Shown here one piece after another: positions 44,942 through 55,132 of a stretch of 64,000 nucleotides of DNA (position 1 is its first letter; every line of letters starts with the position of its first letter). Below the pieces are notes generated by a model, which searched no databases, was not told the DNA's origin, and was given only the letters and a program-made list of their open reading frames with translations. The stretch is taken from contig JARIAU010000059.1 in the NCBI GenBank assembly GCA_029257695.1, positions 152 through 64,151 on the forward strand, in the 5' to 3' direction. The stretch is from Oscillospiraceae bacterium (GTDB taxonomy: Bacteria; Bacillota; Clostridia; Oscillospirales; Oscillospiraceae). A program made the translations under genes and the position numbers.

Positions 44942-46270
44942 TTAAATATAGCCGTATTTTTTCCGGTTGCAAAGCAGGAATCCCGCCGCAGCCACCACAG
45001 CCAACCATTCGGCCGCCACATTAGAAGCCCAGATGCCGTCCAGACCCCAAAACAAAGGGAGGATCAGCACGGAGCAGACCTGAAACACCAGAGCACGGAG
45101 ACTGGAGATGCAGGCGGACACCTTGCCGTCATTCAGGGCGGTAAAGAACGCAGAGCTGAAGGTGGCATAGCCAATAAACAGGAAGGAGAAGGACAAAATC
45201 TGCAACCCTCGGGTGGTCATGCGCAGCAGATCGGGGTCATAGCCCACAAAGAGGTTGGCCAAGGGGCGGGCCAGACACAATGCGGCACCAAACATGGCCA
45301 GAGCGAACACGCTGATGACCGCCAGACTTTTCCGAAACAGGCTTTGCAGCTCGGAGCGGTATCCGGCCCCGTAATGGTAGCTGATGACCGGAGCCACACC
45401 CACCGAGTAGCCGATAAAGATGCTGAGGAAGATGAACCCCACATACAGCAGCACGCCATAGGCGGCCACACCGTCCTCTCCGGCATAATGCAGCAGCTGG
45501 AAGTTATACAGCACGCCCACCAAGGACATGGAAACATTGCTGAGCAGTTCGGAAATGCCGTTGGAGCAGACCTTTGCCAAGGCCCGACCGTCCCACTTGG
45601 GGCGCACCAAACGGAGGGGACTGGGGTTCTTCCGAGCGAAATAAATCAGAGGCAGCAGACCGCCCACGCACTGGCTCAAAGAGGTAGCGGCGGCGGCACC
45701 GGCCAGTCCCCAGGAGAATGCCATGACAAACAGTGCATCCAGCACCATGTTGGTGAGTCCGGCAATCAGGGTGAAGTACAGGCCCAGCTTTGGATTTTCC
45801 GCCACCGAGAACAGACATTGGAATTCATATTGCAGGATGTAAGTGGGAACCGCCATCAGGACAATGCGTCCGTAAATCAGGCTTTGTTCCAAAAGTTCCC
45901 CTTCCGCACCCAAGAACAGGGCAATCGGGCGGAGAAATACGGTGCCCAGCACACCGAGGACCACGCCGCAGGCAAGAGAGACCCAAATCAGGAGGGAGAA
46001 GATCTCATTGGCCTTCTGCAGCTGATTCTGACCCATGGTCTTGGCGATCAGGGCACTGCCGCCGGTTCCGAACATGAATCCCAGGCTGCCCAGCAGCATC
46101 ACGATGGGATACACCAGATTCAAAGCGGCAAAGGGGGTCTTACCGACGAAATTTGACACAAAGAAGCCGTCCACCACGCTGTAAATGGAGGTGAAAATCA
46201 GCATCACAATGGAGGGAAAGGTGTAACGCAGCAGCTTCCGGAAGTCAAAGTGGTCCGAAAGTTGAATCAT
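44942..46270 (-). CDS. MATE family efflux transporter
   Basis: 12-TM protein with [31 protein letters not shown]-terminus. Start overlaps the upstream stop (ATGA). Confidence 0.85.
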   Translation of the reverse strand: MIQLSDHFDFRKLLRYTFPSIVMLIFTSIYSVVDGFFVSNFVGKTPFAALNLVYPIVMLLGSLGFMFGTGGSALIAKTMGQNQLQKANEIFSLLIWVSLACGVVLGVLGTVFLRPIALFLGAEGELLEQSLIYGRIVLMAVPTYILQYEFQCLFSVAENPKLGLYFTLIAGLTNMVLDALFVMAFSWGLAGAAAATSLSQCVGGLLPLIYFARKNPSPLRLVRPKWDGRALAKVCSNGISELLSNVSMSLVGVLYNFQLLHYAGEDGVAAYGVLLYVGFIFLSIFIGYSVGVAPVISYHYGAGYRSELQSLFRKSLAVISVFALAMFGAALCLARPLANLFVGYDPDLLRMTTRGLQILSFSFLFIGYATFSSAFFTALNDGKVSACISSLRALVFQVCSVLILPLFWGLDGIWASNVAAEWLAVVAAAGFLLCNRKKYGYI

Positions 46271-46887
46271 TGGGTTTCCCGATCAAACCAACAATTTGCG
46301 AACGCACACACCACGGGGGTCAGCTCCTTGATGTTCCAGTCCGTCGTGTTGACCGTCAGATGATAGGCGGTATGCTCACCCCAGCGGCTGCTGGAGATGA
46401 TGTCACGGGTTTGGGCACGGCCACGGTCGATGTTGCGGATCTTGCGCTCCATCTCCTTCCGAGTCAGGTCCTCGCCCTTCTTGGCCCGTGCCATGCAGCG
46501 GTTGAGACGGGCATCCATCTCGGCGCAGACAAACAGGTTGAAGGGGTGATAATCCCGCAGCAGCACATCGGCATTCCGGCCGACGATGATGCAGTCCTTG
46601 CCGGCCTTGGCGATGTCCTCGATGACACGCTTCTGCTCCAGCAGCAGACCGGTCTGGGCGGACTGAATGGAAACGCTGGAGAAGGAATTGCGGAAGGTCA
46701 GGGGGATATTCTGCCAGCCGTGCTGATCCAAAGCCCAGTGCACATAGTTTTCGTCCATGCCGTTGTGGGAAGCGATGGCGGTGATGATTTCTTTGTCATA
46801 GTAGTCAAAGCCAAGGGCATCGGCCATGCGCTTGCCCAGCTCACGGCCGCCGCTGCCGAATTCACGGCTGATGGTGATAATTTTCAT
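46267..46887 (-). CDS. cytidylate kinase-like family (P-loop) protein
   Basis: MKIITISREFGSGGRELGKRMADALGFDYYDKE N-terminus typical of the Cytidylate_kin2 family. Confidence 0.75.
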   Translation of the reverse strand: MKIITISREFGSGGRELGKRMADALGFDYYDKEIITAIASHNGMDENYVHWALDQHGWQNIPLTFRNSFSSVSIQSAQTGLLLEQKRVIEDIAKAGKDCIIVGRNADVLLRDYHPFNLFVCAEMDARLNRCMARAKKGEDLTRKEMERKIRNIDRGRAQTRDIISSSRWGEHTAYHLTVNTTDWNIKELTPVVCAFANCWFDRETQ

Positions 46888-47044
46888 AGAATATTCCTCA
46901 CAATACTTGCGGACAAAAGCCGCAGAATTAACATTCCATAGGGTTTTTCCTATTTTACTACAGGGTATGAGAAAATTCAAACCTAAGAACAAAAAATTAA
47001 GAACAAAAACCGCAGCAGACCAAAAGCGGCCTGCTGCGGTGCGG

Positions 47045-48409
47045 TTATGCGGTGGGGTCCGGCATCCAATGGGAGGCTTTGTAGTAAATCAGGAAGGCCA
47101 CCGAGCTGAGGGACCAAGTGAGGGGATAGACCCAGTAGACCACCTGAATGCTGTGGGTCAGGGGGATGGCAATGGTCAGGAAGGAGACACGGACGATGCA
47201 CCAGAAGGCCAGCATGATAAACATCGGGACCAATGCCTTGCCGGCCCCACGGAAAATGGCGGCCATGGCATGGCTGAAGGCCAGAAGGAAGAAGAACAGG
47301 GTGGACACATGGGCTTTGGCCACACCAAACTGCACGACCTGCGGGTCCGAGTCAAAGGCAGAGATGATGTAGGGGGCCAGCAGGAAAATGACCACACCCA
47401 CCAGTTCTGCCAGCACCATGGTGGTGATGATGCCGAAGCGGGCGCCCTTTTTGGCACGCTCCAGCTGATTGGCACCCAAGTTCTGGCTGATGAAGGTGGT
47501 CAAAGCCATGGTGAAGCTGGTGATGGGCAGGAAGCCAAAGCCCTCCACGATGTTGTAAGCGCCGCAGCCCGCCATGGCCATGGCACCGAAGGCGTTGATG
47601 TTGGACTGCACCACCAGATTGGCGAAGGCGATGATGGAATTCTGCACGCCGGAAGGCAGGCCGATGCGAATGATTTGGGCCAGCGCATCCCGATGGAACC
47701 GGATCTCCCGAGGACGCAGACGGTAGACCTCCTTGGTCCGGGTCAGCTGGAGGAAGCAGAAGCAGGCACTGGCTACCTGAGAGATGACGGTTGCCAGAGC
47801 GGCGCCGCCTACACCGGTGTGGAGCACGCCGATGAACAGCAGATCCAGCACCAGATTGATGACCGAGGAGGCAATCAGGTAATAAAGCGGATGACGGCTG
47901 TCGCCTACGGCCTGCAAAATACCCACAAAGACATTGTACAGAATGAAGCCGACGGAACCGGAAAAATAGATGGTGAGATAGGTGGTGGATTCTGGAATGA
48001 CGCTGTCGGGGGTACCCATCAAGGCCAGAATATAGGGGGAGGTCAGCATACCGATGCCGGTCATCAGCACACCGGCCACCAGACCGGCGGCCACGGTGGT
48101 ATGAATGGCTCTGCGCATGGCGTCGATGTTATCGGCGCCGAAGTAACGGGCGATGACCACGCCGGCACCGGAGGCAATGCCCCCCAAAAAGCCAATCAGC
48201 AGAAAAATCAGACTGCCGGAGGAACTGACCGCAGCCAAAGCGCTGCTGCCCAGATAGTTGCCCACGATCAGAGAGTCCACCGTGTTATAAAGCTGTTGGA
48301 ACAGGCTGCCAAAGAAAATGGGCAGCGCAAAGTAGGTCATTCGCTTCCATATGGGTCCGCTGTACATCGGCTGAATGGATTTTGCCACAAAAAGCCCCCC
48401 TTTTTGCAT
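47045..48409 (-). CDS. MATE family efflux transporter
   Basis: LPIFFGSLFQQLYNTVDSLIVGNYLG MATE signature, 12 TM. Confidence 0.85.
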   Translation of the reverse strand: MQKGGLFVAKSIQPMYSGPIWKRMTYFALPIFFGSLFQQLYNTVDSLIVGNYLGSSALAAVSSSGSLIFLLIGFLGGIASGAGVVIARYFGADNIDAMRRAIHTTVAAGLVAGVLMTGIGMLTSPYILALMGTPDSVIPESTTYLTIYFSGSVGFILYNVFVGILQAVGDSRHPLYYLIASSVINLVLDLLFIGVLHTGVGGAALATVISQVASACFCFLQLTRTKEVYRLRPREIRFHRDALAQIIRIGLPSGVQNSIIAFANLVVQSNINAFGAMAMAGCGAYNIVEGFGFLPITSFTMALTTFISQNLGANQLERAKKGARFGIITTMVLAELVGVVIFLLAPYIISAFDSDPQVVQFGVAKAHVSTLFFFLLAFSHAMAAIFRGAGKALVPMFIMLAFWCIVRVSFLTIAIPLTHSIQVVYWVYPLTWSLSSVAFLIYYKASHWMPDPTA

Positions 48410-48589
48410 CGCTCAAAATAATTATATATAAGGCAAATTATAGGCGGATTTCCCCCCGTTTGCAAGCACACAAATTGCATCGGAATCGGAATTTTTTTAG
48501 TACTATTGACGAGGAAGGCAATGCGGCACGCAGTTCGAAAGAGATGGATGGATTGCGTATCGGCAGACCGTGCTCCGGCAGCGGAACCG

Positions 48590-49486
48590 TCAGGAATCCA
48601 AAATCAACTCGCAGCTGCAATTTTCAAAGAAGACCCCCACTTCGGCATTGAGGCGATCGTTGATTGCTTTCAATGCGCTGACCGAGAGCGTGGTTTTCTC
48701 CGTGGTGAAGTAAATGGACACCCACAGCTGACGCCCGGTGCGGGTGATGTCAAAAAAGACCGGATCCAAAGCGCTTTCCTCCATGATGGCGCAGCACACC
48801 TCTTTGATTTTGGACACCGTTTCCTCCTCCGGCGGGAAGAGAAACACATTCTTCACGGCCCTCCAAAGCATCCGCACGGTTTCCGGCAGCATGAACACCA
48901 TGATGAACAGGGCCACGATCTGGTCAAAATAGGGGGAGAGAAAGGACAGGGGCGTCCGCTCCAGTGCCTTGGAGGCGAGAAAGGCTGCCGCAAGGCCGCC
49001 GCTGTATGCCACATCCAGTTTCCAGCCCAAAATTTCCATGTCTACGGTGGGGGAATTGAGAGCGGTGTTGCGCCGCTTCATGACGGAGTAGATGAGCACG
49101 CTAAGCAGACCTTGAAAAAACTGGAAGGCGGCAATTTGCAGACCGTTGACCGGATTGCCGCCGGACAGGGCGGATTGAAGCACACCAAAGGACACACCAA
49201 GGCTGACTGACAGCAGCATAAAGCCTTTCACAATCAGGAAGATGGATTCCACCTGAAAAAAGCCGAAGGGGTGTTTTTCCGATACGGGCTTGTAAAACAG
49301 AGGAGTGAGAAACAAAATCAAAGCAATAAAAATCAGCTCGGTGGCATCATAGACGGCGTCCATCAGCACGGACTGGGAATGACTGACCAAGGCAAAAATC
49401 AGTTCGGCTACCGCCAAAGCCAGACCGGCAAAAAAGGACAGCAGTAACAGCCCCTTTTCCGTTTGTTGTCGTTTTCTGGTTGACAT
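48590..49486 (-). CDS. cation diffusion facilitator (CDF) family transporter
   Basis: SVLMDAVYDATELIF TM2 metal-site motif, 6 TM plus a cytoplasmic C-domain. Confidence 0.8.
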   Translation of the reverse strand: MSTRKRQQTEKGLLLLSFFAGLALAVAELIFALVSHSQSVLMDAVYDATELIFIALILFLTPLFYKPVSEKHPFGFFQVESIFLIVKGFMLLSVSLGVSFGVLQSALSGGNPVNGLQIAAFQFFQGLLSVLIYSVMKRRNTALNSPTVDMEILGWKLDVAYSGGLAAAFLASKALERTPLSFLSPYFDQIVALFIMVFMLPETVRMLWRAVKNVFLFPPEEETVSKIKEVCCAIMEESALDPVFFDITRTGRQLWVSIYFTTEKTTLSVSALKAINDRLNAEVGVFFENCSCELILDS

Positions 49487-49798
49487 AATGATTAAACATC
49501 CTTTCCTGAATCGAGAGAAGGAACATGAGAATTGCTTTCGATTTCAGTATACACGAAGCCGCCGGAAAAGGGAATGGCAGGCATCCACGATGTTGGAGCG
49601 GTCCTTTTTTGCGGGAAAGGAAGAAAACAGCCGAAATGCCCGTGCAGGACCAAATGGCAGGGGAAGAAAAACAACAGGCGATGTAAGTTGTGCCGGAATG
49701 GCTCCGGTGCTATAATAGCGGAAAACAGGAGAATGGGCCTAGGCCGCAGTGAGCGGCCCGATTCTCCGGAACCGACTGAAAAGGAGCCGCCGGAGCCG

Positions 49799-50503
49799 AT
49801 GAAAGAGAAGATACTGATTGTAGATGATGAAAAGGAAATTGCAGACCTGTTGGAGGTCTATTTGAGCAATGACGGCTACACCGTCTATAAATGCTATAAC
49901 GGCACCGATGCCATGCACTGTGTGGACACCGAGGCACTGGATCTGGCGATTTTGGATGTGATGCTGCCGGACATTGACGGGTTCCGTCTGTGTCAGCACA
50001 TCCGGGAACAGCACTTTTACCCCATTCTGATGCTGACTGCCAAGGTGGAGGACACGGATAAAATCATGGGACTTACCATCGGAGCGGATGACTATATCAC
50101 CAAGCCCTTCAATCCGCTGGAGGTGGTGGCACGGGTGAAGACCCAGCTGCGGCGCTATGTGCGGTACAATCAGGCTGCCGGCAGCGCCAAGCAGCCGGAG
50201 CCGGACACGGAGTTTGACATCCGGGGGCTGACCATCAACAAAGCAAACCACAAATGCACGCTCTTTGGGGAGGAAATTGCCCTCACGCCCATCGAATTTT
50301 CAATCTTGTACTATCTCTGTGAGCATCGGGGCAAGGTCATTTCCTCGGAAGAGTTGTTTGAGGCGGTGTGGAAGGAACACTATCTGGACAACAACAACAC
50401 CGTGATGGCACACATCGGCCGCCTGCGGGAAAAGCTCCATGAACCGGCCCGAAAGCCGAAGTTCATCAAGACCGTGTGGGGGGTGGGTTACACCGTTGAA
50501 TAA
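49799..50503 (+). CDS. VanR-like OmpR-family response regulator
   Basis: ATG 49799 after AAAGGAG. KILIVDDEKEIADLLEVYL..LDLAILDVMLPDIDG. Winged-helix FIKTVWGVGYTV. Confidence 0.85.
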   Translation: MKEKILIVDDEKEIADLLEVYLSNDGYTVYKCYNGTDAMHCVDTEALDLAILDVMLPDIDGFRLCQHIREQHFYPILMLTAKVEDTDKIMGLTIGADDYITKPFNPLEVVARVKTQLRRYVRYNQAAGSAKQPEPDTEFDIRGLTINKANHKCTLFGEEIALTPIEFSILYYLCEHRGKVISSEELFEAVWKEHYLDNNNTVMAHIGRLREKLHEPARKPKFIKTVWGVGYTVE

Positions 50504-51608
50504 GAAGCGAACTGCGATGAAGCGGCGGGCGCAGCGCCGCTCGGAGGTCTCCCGAAAGCTGCTGCTGCAATACATCCTGACCATTGCCGGAGTCATCTTG
50601 GGCCTCTATCTGTTCTTTGTGCTGGGGATGCTGTTTTGCCGCATGTTTATCTGGTATCCCGACGATCCCCTCTATCAGGTGCTGAAGCTGATGAAGGACC
50701 ATATTTTCCTGGTGCTGATCGTCTTGGCGCTGCTTTGCTGGGTGCTGGTGACCTATCATTTCATCAAAAAGCTGCTGCGCTATTTGGACGAGGTGGCTTC
50801 GGCCGCAGAGCATCTGGTCGATCCCTCCCCCAAACCCATTGTACTGGACGGGGAACTGGCCTATCTGGAGCATCAGCTCAACCAAGCCAGAGAGAAGGCC
50901 ATCAACAGCGCCCGTGCCGCCAAGGATGCGGAACAGCGGAAAAATGACTTGGTGGTTTACTTGGCACACGACCTGAAAACGCCCCTGACTTCGGTGATCG
51001 GCTATCTGACGCTGCTGCGGGATGAGGGGCAGATTTCGCCGGAGCTGCGGCAGAAGTATCTTTCCATTTCGCTGGATAAGGCGGAGCGGTTGGAGGATCT
51101 CATCAATGAATTCTTTGAAATCACCCGCTTCAATCTGTCCCATATCACCTTGGAGTACAGCCGTGTCAATCTGACCCGACTGCTGGAGCAGCTCACCTTT
51201 GAGTTCCAACCCATGCTGATGGACAAGAGCCTGCGCTGCACCTTGGACATTGGGCCGGATCTGATGGTGAAGTGCGATGTGGACAAGATCCAGCGGGTGT
51301 TTGACAATCTGCTGCGCAATGCCGTCAATTACAGCTTTGAAGGCGGAGAGATCCACATTTCTGTCCGGCCGGACGGAAAACTGCTTCACATTCGGGTCAG
51401 CAATCCGGGCAATACCATTCCGCAGGAAAAATTGAATCGAATTTTCGAACAGTTTTATCGACTGGACACGGCTCGTGGCTCAAAAAGCGGCGGAGCCGGA
51501 TTGGGACTGGCCATCGCCAAGGAGATTGTGGAGCTGCACCACGGTACCATCACCGCCCGAAGTGAGGATGAGACCGTCACATTTGAAGTCACCCTGCCCA
51601 TGGACTGA
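50496..51608 (+). CDS. VanS-like sensor histidine kinase (start TTG 50496 or ATG 50517)
   Basis: Two TM segments, then EQRKNDLVVYLAHDLKTPLTSVIGYLTLL, EFFEITRFNL, FYRLD...GGAGLGLAIAKEIV. As I recall it, this is close to enterococcal VanS. Confidence 0.8.
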   Translation: MNKKRTAMKRRAQRRSEVSRKLLLQYILTIAGVILGLYLFFVLGMLFCRMFIWYPDDPLYQVLKLMKDHIFLVLIVLALLCWVLVTYHFIKKLLRYLDEVASAAEHLVDPSPKPIVLDGELAYLEHQLNQAREKAINSARAAKDAEQRKNDLVVYLAHDLKTPLTSVIGYLTLLRDEGQISPELRQKYLSISLDKAERLEDLINEFFEITRFNLSHITLEYSRVNLTRLLEQLTFEFQPMLMDKSLRCTLDIGPDLMVKCDVDKIQRVFDNLLRNAVNYSFEGGEIHISVRPDGKLLHIRVSNPGNTIPQEKLNRIFEQFYRLDTARGSKSGGAGLGLAIAKEIVELHHGTITARSEDETVTFEVTLPMD

Positions 51609-51621
51609 ACGGGTAAAACGG

Positions 51622-51662
51622 AACGACCCGGAGCGTATGGGATACGCTTCGGGTCGTTTTCT
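51622..51662 (+). terminator. intrinsic terminator after the VanS-like gene
   Basis: AACGACCCGGAGCGTAT-N4-ATACGCTTCGGGTCGTT followed by TTCTCTG. Confidence 0.7.
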
Positions 51663-51668
51663 CTGCTT

Positions 51669-51690
51669 CGTAGGAAAATCGTAAGAAATT
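51669..51690 (+). repeat. two head-to-tail 11-nt direct repeats (candidate response-regulator site)
   Basis: CGTAGGAAAAT | CGTAAGAAATT, 9/11 identical, one helical turn apart. About 60 nt upstream of TATAAT at 51751-51756. Confidence 0.45.
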
Positions 51691-51797
51691 CGGTGGAAAC
51701 TTTGCAGGTTCTGTTGAGAGGAAACAAAAAAACTCGATGCAAATGTGCGGTATAATAAGGATCGAAACAAACCGACAAGACGCAAGGAGTGGCAGAG

Positions 51798-52616
51798 ATG
51801 AGCACAACAAGAACACAGAAAAGGAACGCGCGGAAGAGCGGCGAACGCCGCATTTTACTGGTGGTATTTCTCGTGGCGGTGATTGGCTCGCTGCTGCTGG
51901 GACAGTCTCTGCTGCGCCAGTATTGGGAGCGGGTGGGGAACGGAGCCTCTTCCGGCAACTTTGAGGCAGATCTGGAAGCCTTTGCCGCAAACCACCACCT
52001 GACGCGGGATGCGTGGCCGCAGGAGATGGTGGATGCGGTCAGCAACAACCCGGAATTGGGGCCCTTTGTGCTGAATTATCCGATCAAAAAGGATCAGGAG
52101 CCGAAGATTGATTTGAGCCAGTATCGCAATTCCAACACCGTGCCGCTGCTCTTTCAGTGGGATGAGCGGTGGGGCTATGCGGATTATTCCGGCGGAATGA
52201 TCGGATTCACCGGATGCGGCCCCACCTGTCTGTCCATGGTGGGATTGTATCTGCGCCATGATTCCTCCTTGACACCCCGCTATGTGGCGGAATTCAGTCA
52301 GGCCCATGGGTACAGCTCGCCCGGCAACGGCAGCAAGTGGACGCTGATTTCAGAGGGCGGACGGGAGCTGGGGATGGATGTCCGGGAGCTGCCGTTGGAG
52401 CGCAAAACCGTGATGAAGCATTTGGAAGAGGGGCACCCGATTATCTGTGTCATGGGCCCGGGCGACTTTACCACAACCGGCCATTTTATTGTGCTGGCTG
52501 GCAGTGAAGATGGAAAAATTCGCATCAATGATCCCAACAGCAAGGCCCGTTCGGAACGGCTTTGGGAGTTTGACCAGATTCAGGGGCAAATCAAGAACCT
52601 CTGGGTTTGCATGTGA
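51798..52616 (+). CDS. membrane-anchored C39-like (papain-fold) cysteine peptidase domain protein
   Basis: ATG after AAGGAG. N-terminal TM (ILLVVFLVAVIGSLLLG). Putative triad Cys in GCGPTCLSM, His in TTGHFIVLAG, Asp in INDPNS. Confidence 0.7.
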   Translation: MSTTRTQKRNARKSGERRILLVVFLVAVIGSLLLGQSLLRQYWERVGNGASSGNFEADLEAFAANHHLTRDAWPQEMVDAVSNNPELGPFVLNYPIKKDQEPKIDLSQYRNSNTVPLLFQWDERWGYADYSGGMIGFTGCGPTCLSMVGLYLRHDSSLTPRYVAEFSQAHGYSSPGNGSKWTLISEGGRELGMDVRELPLERKTVMKHLEEGHPIICVMGPGDFTTTGHFIVLAGSEDGKIRINDPNSKARSERLWEFDQIQGQIKNLWVCM

Positions 52617-52690
52617 CCCAAGAAAGCGGTGACCGCCCTTGTATTCCGGGGAGAAAGATGGTATCCTTCTCCAAAAGGGAGGGGTGTGCG

Positions 52691-53248
52691 ATGGAAACAT
52701 CAACCAATGGCCGAACCATTCGCCTGCAAGAGAATTTGCAGGGGCGGATTCTCGATGTGGGCGGCGGCGGTGAAGGGATGATTGGGCGACGCTATGGCTC
52801 CCAGGTGCTTGCGATTGACCTTCGCCAGGAGGAGTTGGACGAAGCACCGGACGGATTTGAAAAACAGGTCATGGATGCGTGCGATTTGGCCTTTGAGGCG
52901 GAGCAATTTGACCATGTAACATTCTTTTACAGTCTGATGTACATGGATGTCCGGACGCAGAAACAGGCCTTGGCAGAAGCGGCTCGGGTACTGAAACCGG
53001 GTGGAAGGCTGCATCTGTGGGACTGTGACATTCCACAGGCCTATCCGGAGCCGTTTGTCGTGGATTTGGAAGTGATCCTCCCGACCGAACGCATCCACAC
53101 CAGCTATGGCATCGTCAGCTTATTGTCCAATCACACAGCGGATTCCGTCCGACCGTTCTGCACAGACTGCGGTCTGATTCCGGAAACGGAAACCAGTGGA
53201 GACGGTCAATTTGCAATGGTATTTCAAAAGGCAAAGGCACAGAAATAA
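52691..53248 (+). CDS. class I SAM-dependent methyltransferase (small, Methyltransf_11-like)
   Basis: RBS GGGAGGGG. Motif I ILDVGGGGEG. Post-I and RVLKPGGRLHLWD motifs. Confidence 0.75.
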   Translation: METSTNGRTIRLQENLQGRILDVGGGGEGMIGRRYGSQVLAIDLRQEELDEAPDGFEKQVMDACDLAFEAEQFDHVTFFYSLMYMDVRTQKQALAEAARVLKPGGRLHLWDCDIPQAYPEPFVVDLEVILPTERIHTSYGIVSLLSNHTADSVRPFCTDCGLIPETETSGDGQFAMVFQKAKAQK

Positions 53249-53256
53249 AAGAAAAC

Positions 53257-53288
53257 AGCGGCGTGGATTCCATGGAATCCACGCCGCT
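53257..53288. terminator. bidirectional-looking terminator
   Basis: AGCGGCGTGGATTC-catg-GAATCCACGCCGCT. Confidence 0.65.
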
Positions 53289-53317
53289 CTTGTTTGATGA
53301 AACAGTCGGATACAAGG

Positions 53318-53350
53318 AAAAACGGAGCATCCCCAAAAGGATGCTCCGTT
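53318..53350 (-). terminator. intrinsic terminator directly after tRNA-Arg(CCG)
   Basis: AACGGAGCATCC-N6-GGATGCTCCGTT followed by TTTTCC on the minus strand. Confidence 0.75.
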
Positions 53351-53426
53351 TGGTACGCCCGAAGGGACTCGAACCCCCAGTAACTGGAACCGGAATCCAG
53401 TGCCTTATCCATTAGACCACGGGCGC
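53351..53426 (-). tRNA. tRNA-Arg (anticodon CCG), CCA encoded
   Basis: GCGCCCGTGGTCTAATGGATAAGGCACTGGATTCCGGTTCCAGTTACTGGGGGTTCGAGTCCCTTCGGGCGTACCA folds as a cloverleaf. Anticodon loop TTCCGGT. Confidence 0.9.
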
Positions 53427-53473
53427 ATATCCGATGACCCGCATATGCGGGTCATCGTGAAATTGTGAAGGGA

Positions 53474-55132
53474 TTACATCTTCTCGGGAGCGGAAACACC
53501 CAGCATATCCAGAGCGTTGCGCAGGGTGATCTGCAGAGCGCAGACCAGACCCAGACGCTGATTGGTCAGCTCGGGATCGTCGGGGTTGTTGACACGGGCC
53601 ACATTGTAGTAGCTGTGGTACAGCTTGACCAGGGCCAGAATGTAGTCGGCCACGGTGTTGGGCTTGCGGGTCTTGGCTGCCTTGGCGATCAGAGAAGGAT
53701 AATCGGTGATCATGTGCAGCAGCTGCAGCTCCTTCTCGTCGGTCAGACGGTCGTAGCTGTCCACCTTGTGGAATGCGGGAATGTCCGGATTCTTCAGGAT
53801 GGAGCACATACGGGAGTAAGCGTACTGAGCATAGTACACGGGGTTGTTGTTGTCATGGGTGGTGGCCTGCTTCAGGTCAAAGTCCATCTGGCTGGAGATG
53901 TCCTTGCAGGAGAAGAACCAACGAGCGGCATCCACGCCCACATCCTCGCACAGCTCACGAATGGTGATGGCATTGCCGGTACGCTTGGACATCTTGACTT
54001 CGACACCGTCCTCCACCATACGCACCATCTGAATGATGTCAACGGCCAGCGTGCCCTCGGGATAGCCCAGAGCAGTCAGAGCGGCCTGCATACGAGTGAC
54101 ATAGGAGTGGTGGTCGGCGCCCCACAGGTTGACCAGCGTGGGATAGCCACGCTCGATCTTGTAGACATGGTTGGCGATGTCGGGGGTCAGGTAGGACAGG
54201 GTGCCGTCGCTCTTGCGGAGGACACGATCCTTGTCGTCGCCGTAGTCGGTGCTCTTGAACCACAGAGCGCCGTCCTGCTCGTACAGCAGACCCAGCTCGT
54301 CCATGTGCTTCAGGCAGTCGTTGATACGCTGCATGTTGTTCTCATAGAAGAAGGTCTCGTGCATCCAGGACTGGAAGCTGACACGATACAGCTTCAGATC
54401 ACGCTCGATCTTTTCCAGTTCCTTGGCCTTGCCGGTGGCCATGAAGTACTCCAGACGCTCCTTGGGATCGGCCGTCAGCCACTTGTCACCGTCTTCGGCA
54501 GCGATTTCCTCGGCGATGTGAATGATGTCCTCGGCGTGATAGCCGTTTTCGGGCAGGGGATACTCCTTGCCAAAATGCTCAAAGTAGCGGGAAATCAGGG
54601 ACTCGCCCAGCATCACGATCTGGTTGCCGGCGTCGTTGATATAGAACTCACGCAGCACATCGTAGCCGCTGGCCTCCAGCAGGCGGCAAATGCTGTCGCC
54701 CCATGCAGCATTACGGGCATGACCGCAATGCAGATCACCGGTGGGGTTGGCGGAAACCCACTCGACCAGAATGTGCTGGCCTTCACCGGAATTGTTGTGG
54801 CCGTACTGATCGCCGGCCTCCAGAACCTGGTTAATGACAGAGGTCAGGGCATCGGTTCGGAGACGGAAGTTGATAAAGCCGGGCTTTGCCACGGTAACGG
54901 ACTGTGCTTCGGGGAGCAGCTCGGCCAGCTTGGCAGCCAGAGTCTCACCGATCTCCATGGGGCTTTTGTGGAGGGTGCGGGCCATCTTCATGGCAGCACC
55001 GGTAGCATAGTCACCCAGCTTGGGATCCTTAGGCACATCAACGGTGATGATGCCTTCCTCGGGAGTCACTCCGTAAGCCTGCTGGATCGATTCCTGGATT
55101 GCGGAGAAAATCTTCTTCTCAAGATTGTTCAC
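53474..55132 (-). CDS. argS: arginine--tRNA ligase
   Basis: GTG start after GAGGTGA. Class I motifs (SANPTGDLHCGHARN = HIGH region, MSKRTG = KMSK). C-terminal DALR anticodon-binding domain. Confidence 0.95.
   Translation of the reverse strand: MNNLEKKIFSAIQESIQQAYGVTPEEGIITVDVPKDPKLGDYATGAAMKMARTLHKSPMEIGETLAAKLAELLPEAQSVTVAKPGFINFRLRTDALTSVINQVLEAGDQYGHNNSGEGQHILVEWVSANPTGDLHCGHARNAAWGDSICRLLEASGYDVLREFYINDAGNQIVMLGESLISRYFEHFGKEYPLPENGYHAEDIIHIAEEIAAEDGDKWLTADPKERLEYFMATGKAKELEKIERDLKLYRVSFQSWMHETFFYENNMQRINDCLKHMDELGLLYEQDGALWFKSTDYGDDKDRVLRKSDGTLSYLTPDIANHVYKIERGYPTLVNLWGADHHSYVTRMQAALTALGYPEGTLAVDIIQMVRMVEDGVEVKMSKRTGNAITIRELCEDVGVDAARWFFSCKDISSQMDFDLKQATTHDNNNPVYYAQYAYSRMCSILKNPDIPAFHKVDSYDRLTDEKELQLLHMITDYPSLIAKAAKTRKPNTVADYILALVKLYHSYYNVARVNNPDDPELTNQRLGLVCALQITLRNALDMLGVSAPEKM

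Noticed and set aside
49487-49560. NiCo (czcD) riboswitch upstream of the CDF transporter
   Set aside because: The leader is only about 65 nt with one simple AATCGA/TCGATT stem. The four-way-junction and conserved GGGACAG-type elements are not seen.
49799-53248. Vancomycin-resistance (van) operon
   Set aside because: Only the VanR/VanS-like regulators are present. No ligase, dehydrogenase, D,D-dipeptidase or racemase gene appears in any frame nearby.
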